NCBI GenBank assembly: GCA_041484665.1 | Contig: JBGPIA010000002.1 | Span: 400,511-464,510 of the forward strand | DNA length: 64,000 nt | Source: Candidatus Krumholzibacteriia bacterium | Lineage (GTDB): Bacteria > Krumholzibacteriota > Krumholzibacteriia > JAJRXK01 | Direction: 5' to 3' | In this document: one piece after another, positions 10,986-21,277 of the stretch | Numbering within the stretch: position 1 is the first letter of the stretch | Layout: every line of letters begins with the position of its first letter | Made by a program: the position numbers and the translations under genes | The notes under the pieces: model-generated | The model's input: the letters and a program-made list of their open reading frames with translations, nothing else | Told to the model about the DNA's origin: nothing | The model's database searches: none

Positions 10986-12203
10986 TCAGCCCCCCAGCAC
11001 GTTCGCCAGCTTGAACATTGGCAGATACATCGCCACCAGCATCCCGCCGACCAGGATGCCCATTAGCACGATCATGACGGGCTCGATCACGGCCGTGAGC
11101 TGCTCCACGGCGGTGTCGACCTCCGAATCGTAGAAGTCGGCGATCTTCTGGAGCATTTCGTCCAAGGCGCCGGTCTGCTCGCCGACCGCGATCATCTGCA
11201 CCACCATGGGCGGGAAGACGTCGCACTGGCGCAGCGGCTCGCTAATCGTTTGGCCCTGGCTGATGGAGTTGCGCGTGGAGGCGATCGCCTCCTGGATGAT
11301 GACGTTGCCCGCAGTCCGCGACGTGATGTCCAGACCCTGCAGGATCGGGACGCCGGAGCCCACCAAGGTACCCAGGGTGCGCGTGAAGCGCGCGACGGCA
11401 CTCTTGCGCAGCACGTTCCCCAGCACGGGGATGCGCAGGCTCAGCGCGTCGATCCGCCGCCGCCCGCGTGGCGACTTGTAGAAGGCGCGGAAGGCCACTG
11501 CCCCCCCGATGATCGCGAGCCCCAGCACCCACCAACAGCGGCGCAGGAAGATGCTGATCCCCATCACGATGCGCGTCGGCATGGGCAACGTCCCGCCGAA
11601 ATCGGAGAACATCTTGGCGAACACCGGAATCACGAACATCAGCATGAAGGTCGTGGCGCCGAGGGCTACCAACGCCACGATCGTCGGGTAGGTCATGGCG
11701 CTCTTGACCTTGCGCTGCAGCGCGTCGGCCTTCTCCAGGTAGGTGGCCAGACGGGCAAAGATCACGTCGAGGATACCGCCCGTCTCCCCCGCATCCACCA
11801 TGTTGACGTAGAGATCGCTGAAGACGGTCTTATGCCGGCCCAGGCCGCCGGCCAGGGTGTTGCCGCCCTCGACGTCCAGCATCACGGCGGTGATGGCCTT
11901 GCGGAAGTGCTCGTTCTCGGTCTGCTTGCTCAGGATGTCCAGGCACTGCACCAGGGGCAGCCCGGCATTGACCATGGTAGCAAACTGCCGGGTGAAGACC
12001 GACAGATCGCGCACCTTCACGCCGCGCTTGATGGGCAGCGCGAAACTGATGTCCTTGGCCTTCTCGCGCACCGTGCCGACCAGGATCTTCCGCTTGCGCA
12101 GGTAGTTGACCACGTCCTGCTTGTCGTCGGCCTCGTACTCGCCGCTCAAGGCCTCGCCCTGGGGGGTGCGTCCCTTCCAGACAAACGTCGTCGCCACGTG
12201 CAT
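10986..12203 (-). CDS. pilC: Type IV pilus platform protein PilC
   Basis: 405 aa; two GspF/PilC repeats, three transmembrane segments, conserved C-terminus MLVAMYLPMFKLANVLGG. Confidence 0.9.
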   Translation of the reverse strand: MHVATTFVWKGRTPQGEALSGEYEADDKQDVVNYLRKRKILVGTVREKAKDISFALPIKRGVKVRDLSVFTRQFATMVNAGLPLVQCLDILSKQTENEHFRKAITAVMLDVEGGNTLAGGLGRHKTVFSDLYVNMVDAGETGGILDVIFARLATYLEKADALQRKVKSAMTYPTIVALVALGATTFMLMFVIPVFAKMFSDFGGTLPMPTRIVMGISIFLRRCWWVLGLAIIGGAVAFRAFYKSPRGRRRIDALSLRIPVLGNVLRKSAVARFTRTLGTLVGSGVPILQGLDITSRTAGNVIIQEAIASTRNSISQGQTISEPLRQCDVFPPMVVQMIAVGEQTGALDEMLQKIADFYDSEVDTAVEQLTAVIEPVMIVLMGILVGGMLVAMYLPMFKLANVLGG

Positions 12204-12215
12204 ACCTCCGGAGGT

Positions 12216-13286
12216 CTAGACCTCGACAGCTTCGCCGATCATCTTCAGCAGTTCTTGATGGTCGCTGCTGCGGTTGAGCGCCTCTTCGTAGCCGATGAGC
12301 CGGTTGACGTAGGCTTGATAGAGTGCCTGGTTCATGGTCTGCATGCCGTGCTTCTGGCCGGCCTGCATCACGCCGTAGATTTGATGGACCTTGTTGTCAC
12401 GGATCAGTGCCTTGATGGCCGGCGTGCAGACCATTACCTCGGCGCACATCACCCGCCCCTTGCCCTTGGAGCGCGGGACGAGCTGCTGGGTCATGACCCC
12501 CTCCAGCACGAAGGCGAGCTGAGCTCGCACCTGTGTCTGCTGGCTGGCCGGGAACACGTCCACGATGCGGTTGATCGACTCGAAGGTGTTGTTGGTGTGC
12601 AGCGTGGCCAGGCACAAGTGCCCCGTCTCGGCGATGGTCAAGGCGGCGGCCATCGTCTCGTAGTCGCGCATCTCACCCACCAAGATCACGTCCGGGTCCT
12701 GGCGCAGCACGTACTTCAGGGCGTTCCCGAAGGTGTCGGTGTCGCTCTTGATCTCGCGCTGGTTGACGATGCTCTTCTTGTGGTGGTGCACGTACTCGAT
12801 GGGGTCCTCGATGGTGATGACGTGGCAGCTGCGCGTGGTGTTGATGTGGTCGACGACGCTGGCCAGGGTCGTGGACTTGCCCGAGCCCGTGGGCCCGGTC
12901 ACCAGCACCAGGCCGCGGGGCAGATCGGCAAAGCGCCGCACCACCGTCGGCAGCCCCAGCTGGTCGAAGGTCAGGATCTGGTACGGGATCTGGCGCACGG
13001 CCATCGACGTCACTCCACGCTGCAGGAAGACGTTGGCGCGGAAGCGGCTGACCCCCTGTACGCCGAAAGACAGATCCAGCTCCTTGGTGTTCTCGAAGGT
13101 CTTCTTCTGCTCGTCGTTGAGGACCGAGTAGGCAAGCGCCCGCGTGTCGTCGGGGCTGAGCATCTCGAAGTTGCTGCTCTCGATCCGCCCGTCGACGCGG
13201 AACATCGGCGGCAGGCCAGCCGTCAGGTGCAGGTCGCTGGCCCCGCGCTTGACCATCTCCTCCAGGAGCTCGCGCAGACTGATCAT
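12216..13286 (-). CDS. pilT: Twitching-motility retraction ATPase PilT
   Basis: 356 aa; Walker A GPTGSGKST, Asp box, His box, AIRNLIRE-like IKALIRDNK; classic PilT length. Confidence 0.9.
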   Translation of the reverse strand: MISLRELLEEMVKRGASDLHLTAGLPPMFRVDGRIESSNFEMLSPDDTRALAYSVLNDEQKKTFENTKELDLSFGVQGVSRFRANVFLQRGVTSMAVRQIPYQILTFDQLGLPTVVRRFADLPRGLVLVTGPTGSGKSTTLASVVDHINTTRSCHVITIEDPIEYVHHHKKSIVNQREIKSDTDTFGNALKYVLRQDPDVILVGEMRDYETMAAALTIAETGHLCLATLHTNNTFESINRIVDVFPASQQTQVRAQLAFVLEGVMTQQLVPRSKGKGRVMCAEVMVCTPAIKALIRDNKVHQIYGVMQAGQKHGMQTMNQALYQAYVNRLIGYEEALNRSSDHQELLKMIGEAVEV

Positions 13287-13298
13287 CGTTTCTCCTGC

Positions 13299-14978
13299 TT
13301 AGACGTTGTCTGCGGTCTCGCGCAGCACTTCTTCGATCGTGGTGATACCGCGCTCGATGTTGCGGATGCCGTCCATGCGTAGCGTCAGCATCCCGTCCTC
13401 GAGGGAGCCCTGGCGGATCTCGGTCGTGTTGCCGCGGTCGAGGATGATCTCGCGGATCCTCGGGGTGATGGGCATCACCTCGTAGAGGCCCTGGCGCCCC
13501 TTGTAGCCCGTGCCGCCGCACTCGCCGCAGCCGCGCCCCTCGCAGACGCCGGCTGCCGGATCGATCTGCAACTCGGCGAGCACCTCGGGGGGCACGTCCA
13601 CGCGGGTCTTGCACTCGGTGCAGATCCGGCGCACCAGGCGTTGCGCCATGATCAAGTTGGTGGAGGTCGCCACCAGGAATGGCTCGATACCCATGTCGAT
13701 CATGCGGTTGATCGTGGACGGGGCATCGTTGGTGTGCAGCGTGGAGAGCACCAGGTGCCCGGTGAGAGCGGCCTTGGTGGCGATGGAGCCGGTCTCCAGA
13801 TCACGGATCTCTCCCACCATGACGATGTTGGGATCCTGGCGCAGGAAGGCCTTCAGCGCCGCCGCGAACGACAGCCCCACCTCGTCCCGCACCTGCACCT
13901 GATTGATCCCGTCGAGGTTGTACTCGACGGGGTCTTCGGCGGTCATGATGTTCACCTCGGCCGTGTTCAGGCGATGCAGGCACGAGTACAGGGTCGTCGT
14001 CTTCCCGGATCCGGTGGGCCCGGTCACCAGCACCATCCCGTACGGCGAGGCGATGGCCTTCAATACGTTCTTGATGGCCTTCGCCTCCATCCCGAACCCC
14101 TCCAGGTCGAAGTGGAGGTTGCCCTTGTCCAGGATTCGCATCACGACCTTCTCTCCATAGATGCACGGCAGAGTCGAGACGCGCAGGTCGACCTTCTTGT
14201 CGCCGAGCTTGATCTTGATGCGCCCATCCTGGGGGATGCGCCGCTCGGCGATATCGAGCTCGGACATGATCTTCAGGCGCGAGATGATCGCCGCCTTCAT
14301 CTTGAACGGCGGGGTCATCATCTCCTGCAGGACCCCGTCGATGCGGTAGCGCACCCGGATGCTCTTCTCGTAGCACTCGACGTGGATGTCGCTGGCGCCG
14401 CGCTTGACCGCATCGGTGATCAGCGAGTTCACCAGCTTGACGACGGGCGCGTTCTGGCTCTCCGCCGACAGCGCCCCGACGTCCTCTTCCTCGGTCGACT
14501 CGACGATCTCGATGTCCTCCTCGAGACCCTCGAGCACCTGCTTGAGGCTGTCGGCCGAGTCGTAGTAGCGATCGATGGCGTGCTTGATGTCGGCTTCGGT
14601 GCACACCACCGGCTGCACCTCGAGGCCGGTGATGAACTTGATGTCGTCGATGGCGAAGATGTTCGCGGGATTCGCCATCGCCACGGTCAGGATGCGTCCC
14701 TGGCGGCGCAGGGGAATCACCTGGAAGCGCGTGGCGACGTCGGCTGGGATCAGCGACGTGACCTCCGGCTCCACGTCCGTGTCGCTCAGGCGGACGACGG
14801 GCAGGTTGTACATCCGGCCCAGGAAGTCGGCGTAGGCCGCCTCGGACATCGCCCCCGTCTTCACGAGGTTGATGCCCAGCGAGCCGCCCTCCTTCTTCTG
14901 GAGCTCGAGAGCCTTCTGCAACTGCTCCTGGTTGACCAGATTGGCCTCCAGGAGCTTGCCGGCGATCTTGTCCTTCAA
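13299..14978 (-). CDS. pilB: Type IV pilus extension ATPase PilB
   Basis: 559 aa; N-terminal GSPII/MshEN domain, Walker A GPTGSGKTT, tetracysteine motif CxxC…CxxC near the C-terminus. Confidence 0.9.
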   Translation of the reverse strand: MKDKIAGKLLEANLVNQEQLQKALELQKKEGGSLGINLVKTGAMSEAAYADFLGRMYNLPVVRLSDTDVEPEVTSLIPADVATRFQVIPLRRQGRILTVAMANPANIFAIDDIKFITGLEVQPVVCTEADIKHAIDRYYDSADSLKQVLEGLEEDIEIVESTEEEDVGALSAESQNAPVVKLVNSLITDAVKRGASDIHVECYEKSIRVRYRIDGVLQEMMTPPFKMKAAIISRLKIMSELDIAERRIPQDGRIKIKLGDKKVDLRVSTLPCIYGEKVVMRILDKGNLHFDLEGFGMEAKAIKNVLKAIASPYGMVLVTGPTGSGKTTTLYSCLHRLNTAEVNIMTAEDPVEYNLDGINQVQVRDEVGLSFAAALKAFLRQDPNIVMVGEIRDLETGSIATKAALTGHLVLSTLHTNDAPSTINRMIDMGIEPFLVATSTNLIMAQRLVRRICTECKTRVDVPPEVLAELQIDPAAGVCEGRGCGECGGTGYKGRQGLYEVMPITPRIREIILDRGNTTEIRQGSLEDGMLTLRMDGIRNIERGITTIEEVLRETADNV

Positions 14979-15207
14979 AGCGTACCCCTAGCGCGGAGAG
15001 CTTGCAGAGCGAGCGATCGTAGGGGGGATTGCACGGCGCCCGTGGCAGGCTGCAATTTGTATGCCCCCCTCCGCGCGCGCTCCCTCTCGCGGCGCGCGTC
15101 CACAGTCCGTTGCAAACGAACGCGGTTGGGATCCCCCCCGGCCGCGTCCGCCAGCCCCGCCCGCCCTGCCGCTGCAACTTGCAAGCGGCACGCCCGTAGC
15201 GTGCTCC

Positions 15208-15642
15208 TCAGCGGAAATCCAGCAGCGGGGCCAGGCGCGCCAACGTCGAAGCCCCAATCCCCTTCACGCGCCGCAGGTCCTGCGGCGACGTGAACCCGCC
15301 AAGGCTGTCTCGCATCGCCACGATGCGCGCGGCCAGCGTGGGGCCGATGCGCGGCAGCCGCTCGAGGTCGCGAGCCGTCGCCCGATTGATGGCCAGCCGT
15401 GCCTGCGCCGTGATCGGCGGCAGGTCGGCAACCGTTTCCCCCTGGAGGGTGTCGCCCTCTGCCGCACGGAACTTGAGCGAATCCTCGGAAGCGTTACTCC
15501 CCAGGCCGAAGGGATGGACGATGGGGTCCTGGCGCAGCCAGGCCGGCGGCCGGGAGGCCAGCCGGTCTCCCGCCCAGCCAAGCCCGCAGAGGAGCAGCAA
15601 CACGACCGCGCGGCGCACGGCCGTAGCGAACATTTCGCGCAT
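15208..15642 (-). CDS. comEA: ComEA-like periplasmic helix-hairpin-helix DNA-binding protein
   Basis: Signal peptide MREMFATAVRRAVVLLLLCGLGWA, then tandem helix-hairpin-helix (INRATARDLERLPRIGPTLAARIV…RRVKGIGASTLARLAPLL). Confidence 0.7.
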   Translation of the reverse strand: MREMFATAVRRAVVLLLLCGLGWAGDRLASRPPAWLRQDPIVHPFGLGSNASEDSLKFRAAEGDTLQGETVADLPPITAQARLAINRATARDLERLPRIGPTLAARIVAMRDSLGGFTSPQDLRRVKGIGASTLARLAPLLDFR

Positions 15643-15756
15643 GGCAGCCTGGAGGCGAGCGGGTGGGAGGCCCGGTGGTTCAGGTCGAAGGGCCGGCCAC
15701 GCGTTCCTGCGCGATGGCCGGTACAGCCGGCTCGATCGACGAGCGGCGCCAGAGGC

Positions 15757-17847
15757 TCAATTGAAGAACGGCCAGGCCAGTCCCCACACCAGCTCGCGGG
15801 ACCGTCCTCGCGTACCGGCGACCTCCTGCTGCACGGCATCCGTGAGGTTCCAGAGCGCCAGGTAGAGCTCGGCATCGCGCAGCTGCAGCGCGAAGCGCAG
15901 GTCGTGACGCGTGACGTCGGGCGCCAGGATGTCGTACGGGGCCAGGCGATCGTCGTAGCGCGGCCCCAGGTGCCGGAACTCGTAGATGACGCTGAAGCGA
16001 TCGTGCGGGCCCAGCAGCACGTGCCACCAGCGCAGCTGCACGGTGACCGCCTCGCGCGGCCAACCTGCGCCACGGTCGAGCGCGTGGTGCAGACCGCCCA
16101 GAACGCGGTGCCCCCACACCCGCCCGGCGAGCCCGTGGCGCGCTGTGCCCAGGTTGAGCTCCGCATCGCCGACGACCTGGTCGATGCGCAGCGTGAGCCC
16201 GCCCACCGTATGCGCCGTGCGCTCGGTGTCGGTCCCCGGATCCGGCTGCCACCCGATGCCGTCACCGAGCCAGTGGCGCTCCAGACCGGCCTGGGTCCGC
16301 AGCCGGCCCAGCCGCAGCCCAGCGCGCGCCGCCCAGGCGTCCTGCCGCTCGAGCGGGAGCGTGCGTCCGGCCCCCCCGCGCGTGACGGTGAAGGGCACGG
16401 CCGACGGCAGGTCGAAGCTCACGAACCCGTCGGTCTCCAGCAGCGTTGGTGTACGCAGGGCGCGCCGCAGCGTGGTCTGCAGCGTCAGGCGCCGCGCGGG
16501 CGCGTAGGTCAGCGTGGCGCCGCCCTCGCCTCCGAAGCGGTCGGACGCCTGCTCCGCGTAGAGGACATCCCCGGACAGTTGCGCCTGCCAGCACGACGAT
16601 ACGTGCCGCGTTACGCCAGCGCCCGCGTGCCCCACATATGCGGGATCGGAGACCACCCGCAGGGCGGAGTCCGCGGCCGTGAAGCGCGCGGTCTGGCGCT
16701 CGATCCCCACCGACAGGCAGAGCCCGTCGCCCGCCGTGCTGCGTGTCAGTTGGAGGCCCTGGCGCGAGGCGTCGCGAATCTCGCCGTGGACGAAATCCTG
16801 GTCGTGCCAGTCGAGGTGGTAGCCGCGCGCCTGCCAGAATGCGTCGCCGCGCAGCACATCCAGGGCCAGCGCAACGTCCCCGGTCCAGCGCTCGGTGGTC
16901 CCGTTCGAGCGCGCCGTTGCCGTGTCGAAGCGCCGCCCGCGCCCGAACAGCACGCCCGCCCGCCACTGCGCGCCACGCAGGTCGAAGCCCGCTCGAAAGC
17001 GGCGCATCTTGGCCCTGCCGAGCACGTCCGTCGCGGCGCCGGGAAACAGCAGGAAATCGATGCCGTCCTCGGCCTTCCACTCCTCGTATTCCAGCCGCAG
17101 CGACTTTGGCGCGTCGGGTGTCGTCAGGGCGAGCGACCGCAGGTAGGTCTGCCCCTGCTGCTTGGCGAAGTGCGTGCGCACCACCGTCTGGCCGATGGCG
17201 CCCGGATCGGAGAGCAGGCGCACGGCACTGGGCGCGCCGGGGACCGGCGCCGGCGTGGCGCGCGCCGGCTGCTCGCCGCGCACGTCTCCCAGCCCCGCCG
17301 CGCTGCGGTCCCACAGCGCGGGGTCGAGATCGGCCGGGCTGCGGGAGGGAACGCCGTCGAGCAGGATCTCGGGCGCGGGCAGGTCCACCGGGGAGAGGCT
17401 CAGGAATGCCGGCGCACCCCGGTCTCCCGCGATGCGCACGACGGCGTGCGGAAGATCCTCCAGCACGTCTGCGAGGGTGGCCGGACGATGCGCTTCCAGG
17501 TCGCCGGCATGCATGTCCGCCGCCGCAACCCAGGGCGGGCGCGCGCGCGCGGGCAACGGAAAAGCCTCGGGTTGTGCGGTGCCAGCGCCGTGGGCGGTAT
17601 CCGCGGCCGCCGCCGCGGGTTTCGTGGCCGCCGCATCGCCCGGCGGGGGCACGCCGGCCGTCGGCCCGCCGGGCGGGGGCGCGAGGCGGGGCAACGAGTC
17701 CGGCGTGGTGTTCGCTGCGGAGAGGGGCGGCTGCGCAGCGGTCGAGCCAGCGTCCGGCGCGCTCGCCGCACGCGCCACGGCCGCGCAGCTCATGGCCGCG
17801 GCTGTGCACGTCCAAGCGGCGGCCAGCGCCACCGCGCAGTGGAGCAA
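15757..17847 (-). CDS. Divergent TonB-dependent-receptor-like outer-membrane beta-barrel (plug-like region plus barrel; C-terminal …WGLAWPFFN)
   Basis: Plug-like motif ATLADVLEDLPHAVVRIAGDRG…EILLDGVP, about 600 aa of beta-rich sequence, terminal aromatic residue. Start codon uncertain (no in-frame ATG with a clear signal peptide; TTG at about 17847 chosen). Confidence 0.5.
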   Translation of the reverse strand: MLHCAVALAAAWTCTAAAMSCAAVARAASAPDAGSTAAQPPLSAANTTPDSLPRLAPPPGGPTAGVPPPGDAAATKPAAAAADTAHGAGTAQPEAFPLPARARPPWVAAADMHAGDLEAHRPATLADVLEDLPHAVVRIAGDRGAPAFLSLSPVDLPAPEILLDGVPSRSPADLDPALWDRSAAGLGDVRGEQPARATPAPVPGAPSAVRLLSDPGAIGQTVVRTHFAKQQGQTYLRSLALTTPDAPKSLRLEYEEWKAEDGIDFLLFPGAATDVLGRAKMRRFRAGFDLRGAQWRAGVLFGRGRRFDTATARSNGTTERWTGDVALALDVLRGDAFWQARGYHLDWHDQDFVHGEIRDASRQGLQLTRSTAGDGLCLSVGIERQTARFTAADSALRVVSDPAYVGHAGAGVTRHVSSCWQAQLSGDVLYAEQASDRFGGEGGATLTYAPARRLTLQTTLRRALRTPTLLETDGFVSFDLPSAVPFTVTRGGAGRTLPLERQDAWAARAGLRLGRLRTQAGLERHWLGDGIGWQPDPGTDTERTAHTVGGLTLRIDQVVGDAELNLGTARHGLAGRVWGHRVLGGLHHALDRGAGWPREAVTVQLRWWHVLLGPHDRFSVIYEFRHLGPRYDDRLAPYDILAPDVTRHDLRFALQLRDAELYLALWNLTDAVQQEVAGTRGRSRELVWGLAWPFFN

Positions 17848-18040
17848 GAGCGTGGGTCGCGCGGGAAGGACGGTGCGGTCGCCTGGATGGGTCGATTTCA
17901 ACGCGGGCTGCACCGGGAGGCAGGGCGACTGCGGCAGCGTAACGCAGAGCCAGCGGTGCGGCAAGCCGCCAAGCGCGTGGTGCGGTCGCCCAGCGAGCGG
18001 CGACCCGCGCGCCGCGGTCAGGCGCGCCGCGGCGGAGCGC

Positions 18041-19633
18041 CTAACGCGGGACCTGCAGGCGCGTGAGCCGCTTCTGGACATCGAGGAAGCCGGCGTCCAG
18101 CGCCGCGACCCGCCCGTAGTAGTCCAGGGCCTCGTCGAAGCGCCCCAGCTCCTCCAGACAGTTCCCGACCTCGTAGAGCAGCCCGAGGTAGAAACGCGCC
18201 GGTAGCCCCGCGACGCGCAGCCCTTCGCGGTAGGTGGCCAGCGCGTCGTCCAGGCGCCCCATCCGCCTCAGGCAGACTCCCTTCATCTCCAGCGCCTTCA
18301 ACCGGCCGTCGTCGCCCGCGGCGGCCAGATCGAAGGCCGCGATCGCCTGCTCGTAGAGCGCCATGTCCATGTACACCAGGCCCAGGTCGTACTGCCCCTT
18401 GTAATCGTCGGGAGCGACCTCCGAGCCGACCTGGCCCTGCAGGTCCCGCACGATGGCATGGACCTGTTGCTGGTCGGTGTGGTTGAGATCGAGCCCGCGA
18501 TCACCGTCGGCCAGGATCTCGTCGAGCAGGTTGAAGCCGCCACCCTCCGGCCGGGGGGTCCCGGCAGCCGGGGCTGGCGCGCGCTGCGGCGACGCGGTCT
18601 CCGCGGCGCTGGACGGCGCCCCCTGTCGCGCTGCGGTGCCCACCTGATGCACAAGCTCTTGGGTGAGCTGGACGGAGGGCGTGGGTGCAGCGCCGGACTC
18701 GTCGCGCGTATCGAGATCCAGCTCGAAATTGAGGTCGTGCCCCGCGATCTCCGGCACGGAGCGGCTGGAGGCCGTGGGCGCGTCGGCCGCGCCCGGCGGC
18801 GGCGCGTGAGTCGCCACGTGCGCGTGCGCTGTTGCGGGCGCCGGCGCCGGCGCAGAGATGTGGGCGCCCCCCGCGCCACGGGTGGGCGCGTAGGCCGCCG
18901 GTTGAGCAACTGCAGGACCGGACGCATACGCCGGGGCCGGCGCGTGGGCCGGCGCCGCAGCGGGCGTCGCACCGCCCTCGTGGCGCCCGTGGGCGGCGGC
19001 GGGCAGGTCGGCGTATTCGGGGATCGAGTCCAGACGCGCGACCAGCTCCCGCGCCCGCGCGATGTAGTGCTCGGCCACGCCGCTCTCGCCCGAGGCGTGG
19101 GCGAGCCTGGCCTTGCAGATCAGGATGCGGGCGCGCTCCTCCGCCAGCCCCCATTTCTGGTAGATCTCCTCCAGCTTGCTGAGGATCTGGAGGTCGTCGG
19201 GCATGTTCTCGATGAGCAACGCGCAGCGGTCCAGGAAGACGTCACGGTCCCTCTCCTGGATCCCGTCGGCGCGCTCCAGGAACTCCAGGAAGCTGGCGGA
19301 GGCCTCCGTGTCCAGGCCCTGGCGGCGGCGGATGTCGGCCAGGCCCCAGTGGCTGTCCAGCCGGTCTGGATCGAAGCGCAGGATCTTCTTGTGGACGGCG
19401 ACCGCGTTGTTGGTCAGGCCGACGGCCATGTAGAGCTCGATGGCCTTCTCGAAGTTCTCCACCGCGCTAGGCACGTTGCCCATCTTCACGAAGATGTCGC
19501 CCAACTCGTTGCGATATCCAGGGTTGCTTCCGTCCAGGCCGCAGATTCGCTCGTAGAGCTTCGTCGCCCCCTCGAAGTGACGGGCGCGGATTGCTTCCGT
19601 GGCCTCGCGCCGGAGTTCCGTGATCTTGCTCAC
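18041..19633 (-). CDS. Cytoplasmic TPR-repeat protein with a central Ala/Pro/His-rich linker of about 200 aa
   Basis: GTG start after an AGGAGA Shine-Dalgarno motif gives MSKITELRREATEAIRARHFEGATKLYERI…; N- and C-terminal TPR blocks; no signal peptide; low-complexity middle (PAAAPAHAPAPAYASGPAVAQPAAYAP…). Confidence 0.6.
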   Translation of the reverse strand: MSKITELRREATEAIRARHFEGATKLYERICGLDGSNPGYRNELGDIFVKMGNVPSAVENFEKAIELYMAVGLTNNAVAVHKKILRFDPDRLDSHWGLADIRRRQGLDTEASASFLEFLERADGIQERDRDVFLDRCALLIENMPDDLQILSKLEEIYQKWGLAEERARILICKARLAHASGESGVAEHYIARARELVARLDSIPEYADLPAAAHGRHEGGATPAAAPAHAPAPAYASGPAVAQPAAYAPTRGAGGAHISAPAPAPATAHAHVATHAPPPGAADAPTASSRSVPEIAGHDLNFELDLDTRDESGAAPTPSVQLTQELVHQVGTAARQGAPSSAAETASPQRAPAPAAGTPRPEGGGFNLLDEILADGDRGLDLNHTDQQQVHAIVRDLQGQVGSEVAPDDYKGQYDLGLVYMDMALYEQAIAAFDLAAAGDDGRLKALEMKGVCLRRMGRLDDALATYREGLRVAGLPARFYLGLLYEVGNCLEELGRFDEALDYYGRVAALDAGFLDVQKRLTRLQVPR

Positions 19634-19987
19634 GCGGTCTCCTGCAGCGGATGCGACCCCGAGATGCCCAGCTGATTCGGCTCGTCCAACGCGAGCGGAC
19701 CTCTCCCCCTGGACGCTGCGTTCTGCCCGCCGCCCGGCGCGGCGGTCGCGCGACGTGCAACGCAAGGCCGTCGGGGAGTGTGGAATACCCCCGACCGGCT
19801 TCCTCCCGCGGGGCCAGCGCGACCATTCTTGGACGCGCGGGGCGCATTCGGGACGGATGATCCCGCGGGTCTCATAGCAAGTCCTCTACCAGCCAGTTTC
19901 GGGTGCGCGGCGGCGCCTCCCGGAGGGGGCAGGCATTCTTTTCCCACCCTCCGCGCAGAGCGGGATCGGCCGCGTGAGGAGCGGACG

Positions 19988-21277
19988 TCAGGTGGCCGCG
20001 CGCCCGACGATGCGGCCGTCGAGAACGACCGTGTCGATCTCGTCCTGGCCCAGGTGCTGGATCAGCTCCTCCACGCTCGCGCAGCGTAGCACGACCAGGT
20101 CGCAGCGCTTGCCCGGGGTCAGGCTGCCCACGGCGCCGGCGCGCCCCACGGCCCAGGCGGCGTTGAGGGTGCCCATCACCAGGGCCTCGGCCGGCGAGAG
20201 ATGCATGCGGGTGCATGCGATGGCCATCACCAGTGGCAACGACTCGCAGTAGCAGCTCCCCGGGTTGAAGTCGGTGGCCAGTGCCAGCGCCACGCCCGCC
20301 CCGATCATTTCGCGGGCGGGCGCCCACGTGTCCAGGCCCAGGCTGAAGATGGTCCCGGGCAGGAGCACGCCCACCGTGCGGCTGCGCGCGAGGGCCAGGA
20401 TGCCCGCGGGTGAGACGCGCCCCAGATGGTCCGCGCTGTCGGCGCCCAGCTCCGCGGCGAGCTCGGCGCCCCCGCTGCCGGCGAGCTCGTCGGCGTGCAC
20501 ACATCCACGCAAGCCCAGCTCGCGCGCGGCGAGCAGGATCGCGCGGCTCTGCTGCGGCGTGAACACCCCCGGCTCGCAGAAGACGTCCACGCGCTCGGCC
20601 AGCCCTTCGTGCGCGACCTGGGGCAAGATGCTGGAGCACACCAGCTGCACGTAGCCTTCGCGATCGTGCTGCCATTCGTCGGGGAACTCGTGGGCGGCCA
20701 GACAGGTGGCCACCACGCGGGGCAGGCCGCGCTCGGCCGTCACCGCGCGCAGCGCCCGCAGCGCCTTCAGCTCCTGCTCGAGGTCAAGCCCGTAACCGCT
20801 TTTCACTTCAATAGTTGTCGTGCCGTACCGCAACGCGCTGCGCAAGCGCGCGCGGGTCAGCGCGCGCAAGCGGCTCTCGGGCAGGGCGCGGAAGTCGCGG
20901 ACGCTGGCGCGGATCCCTCCGCCGGCCTGGGCGATCGACGGGTAGCTTTCGCCGGCCAGGCGACGCGCGAACTCCGCGGCGCGGGGCTGCGCGAACAGTG
21001 CGTGGGTGTGGGCGTCCACCAGCCCCGGCACCACGGCCTTGCCGGAGCAGTCGATGCGCACGCCGCCGGGCAAGAGCCGAGCGCTCGCCAGCACGTCGGC
21101 GGCGGCACCGGCGGCCACGATCTCGCCGCGCAGCGCCGCGACCGCGCCGCCGCCCACGAGCCCCACGTCACCCAGGGTGTCGCCGCGGCGCGGTCCCGCG
21201 TCGTCACCGGCGCGGTGCACGGTGTAGAGCGCGTCGATGTCGTCCAGCAAGAGGTCGGCGGGCAAACGCTGGCTCAT
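19988..21277 (-). CDS. hutI: Imidazolonepropionase HutI
   Basis: Amidohydrolase metal ligands (VDAHTHA…, HADE…, …DFNPGS); start MSQRL overlapping the hutU stop. Confidence 0.85.
   Translation of the reverse strand: MSQRLPADLLLDDIDALYTVHRAGDDAGPRRGDTLGDVGLVGGGAVAALRGEIVAAGAAADVLASARLLPGGVRIDCSGKAVVPGLVDAHTHALFAQPRAAEFARRLAGESYPSIAQAGGGIRASVRDFRALPESRLRALTRARLRSALRYGTTTIEVKSGYGLDLEQELKALRALRAVTAERGLPRVVATCLAAHEFPDEWQHDREGYVQLVCSSILPQVAHEGLAERVDVFCEPGVFTPQQSRAILLAARELGLRGCVHADELAGSGGAELAAELGADSADHLGRVSPAGILALARSRTVGVLLPGTIFSLGLDTWAPAREMIGAGVALALATDFNPGSCYCESLPLVMAIACTRMHLSPAEALVMGTLNAAWAVGRAGAVGSLTPGKRCDLVVLRCASVEELIQHLGQDEIDTVVLDGRIVGRAAT

Noticed and set aside
15680-16252. Nested minus-strand ORFs inside the TonB-dependent-like gene (15264..16265, 15680..16252, 16262..17815)
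   Set aside because: These are alternative frames of the 774-aa barrel ORF with Arg/Ala/Gly-rich translations. The barrel frame carries the plug motif and the C-terminal aromatic residue.
19634-19987. Possible rho-independent terminator (CCTCCGGGAGG palindrome near 19915-19930) after hutI
   Set aside because: The stem is only 4-5 bp and there is no following U-tract on the relevant strand. The region more likely just contains the promoter of the TPR gene.
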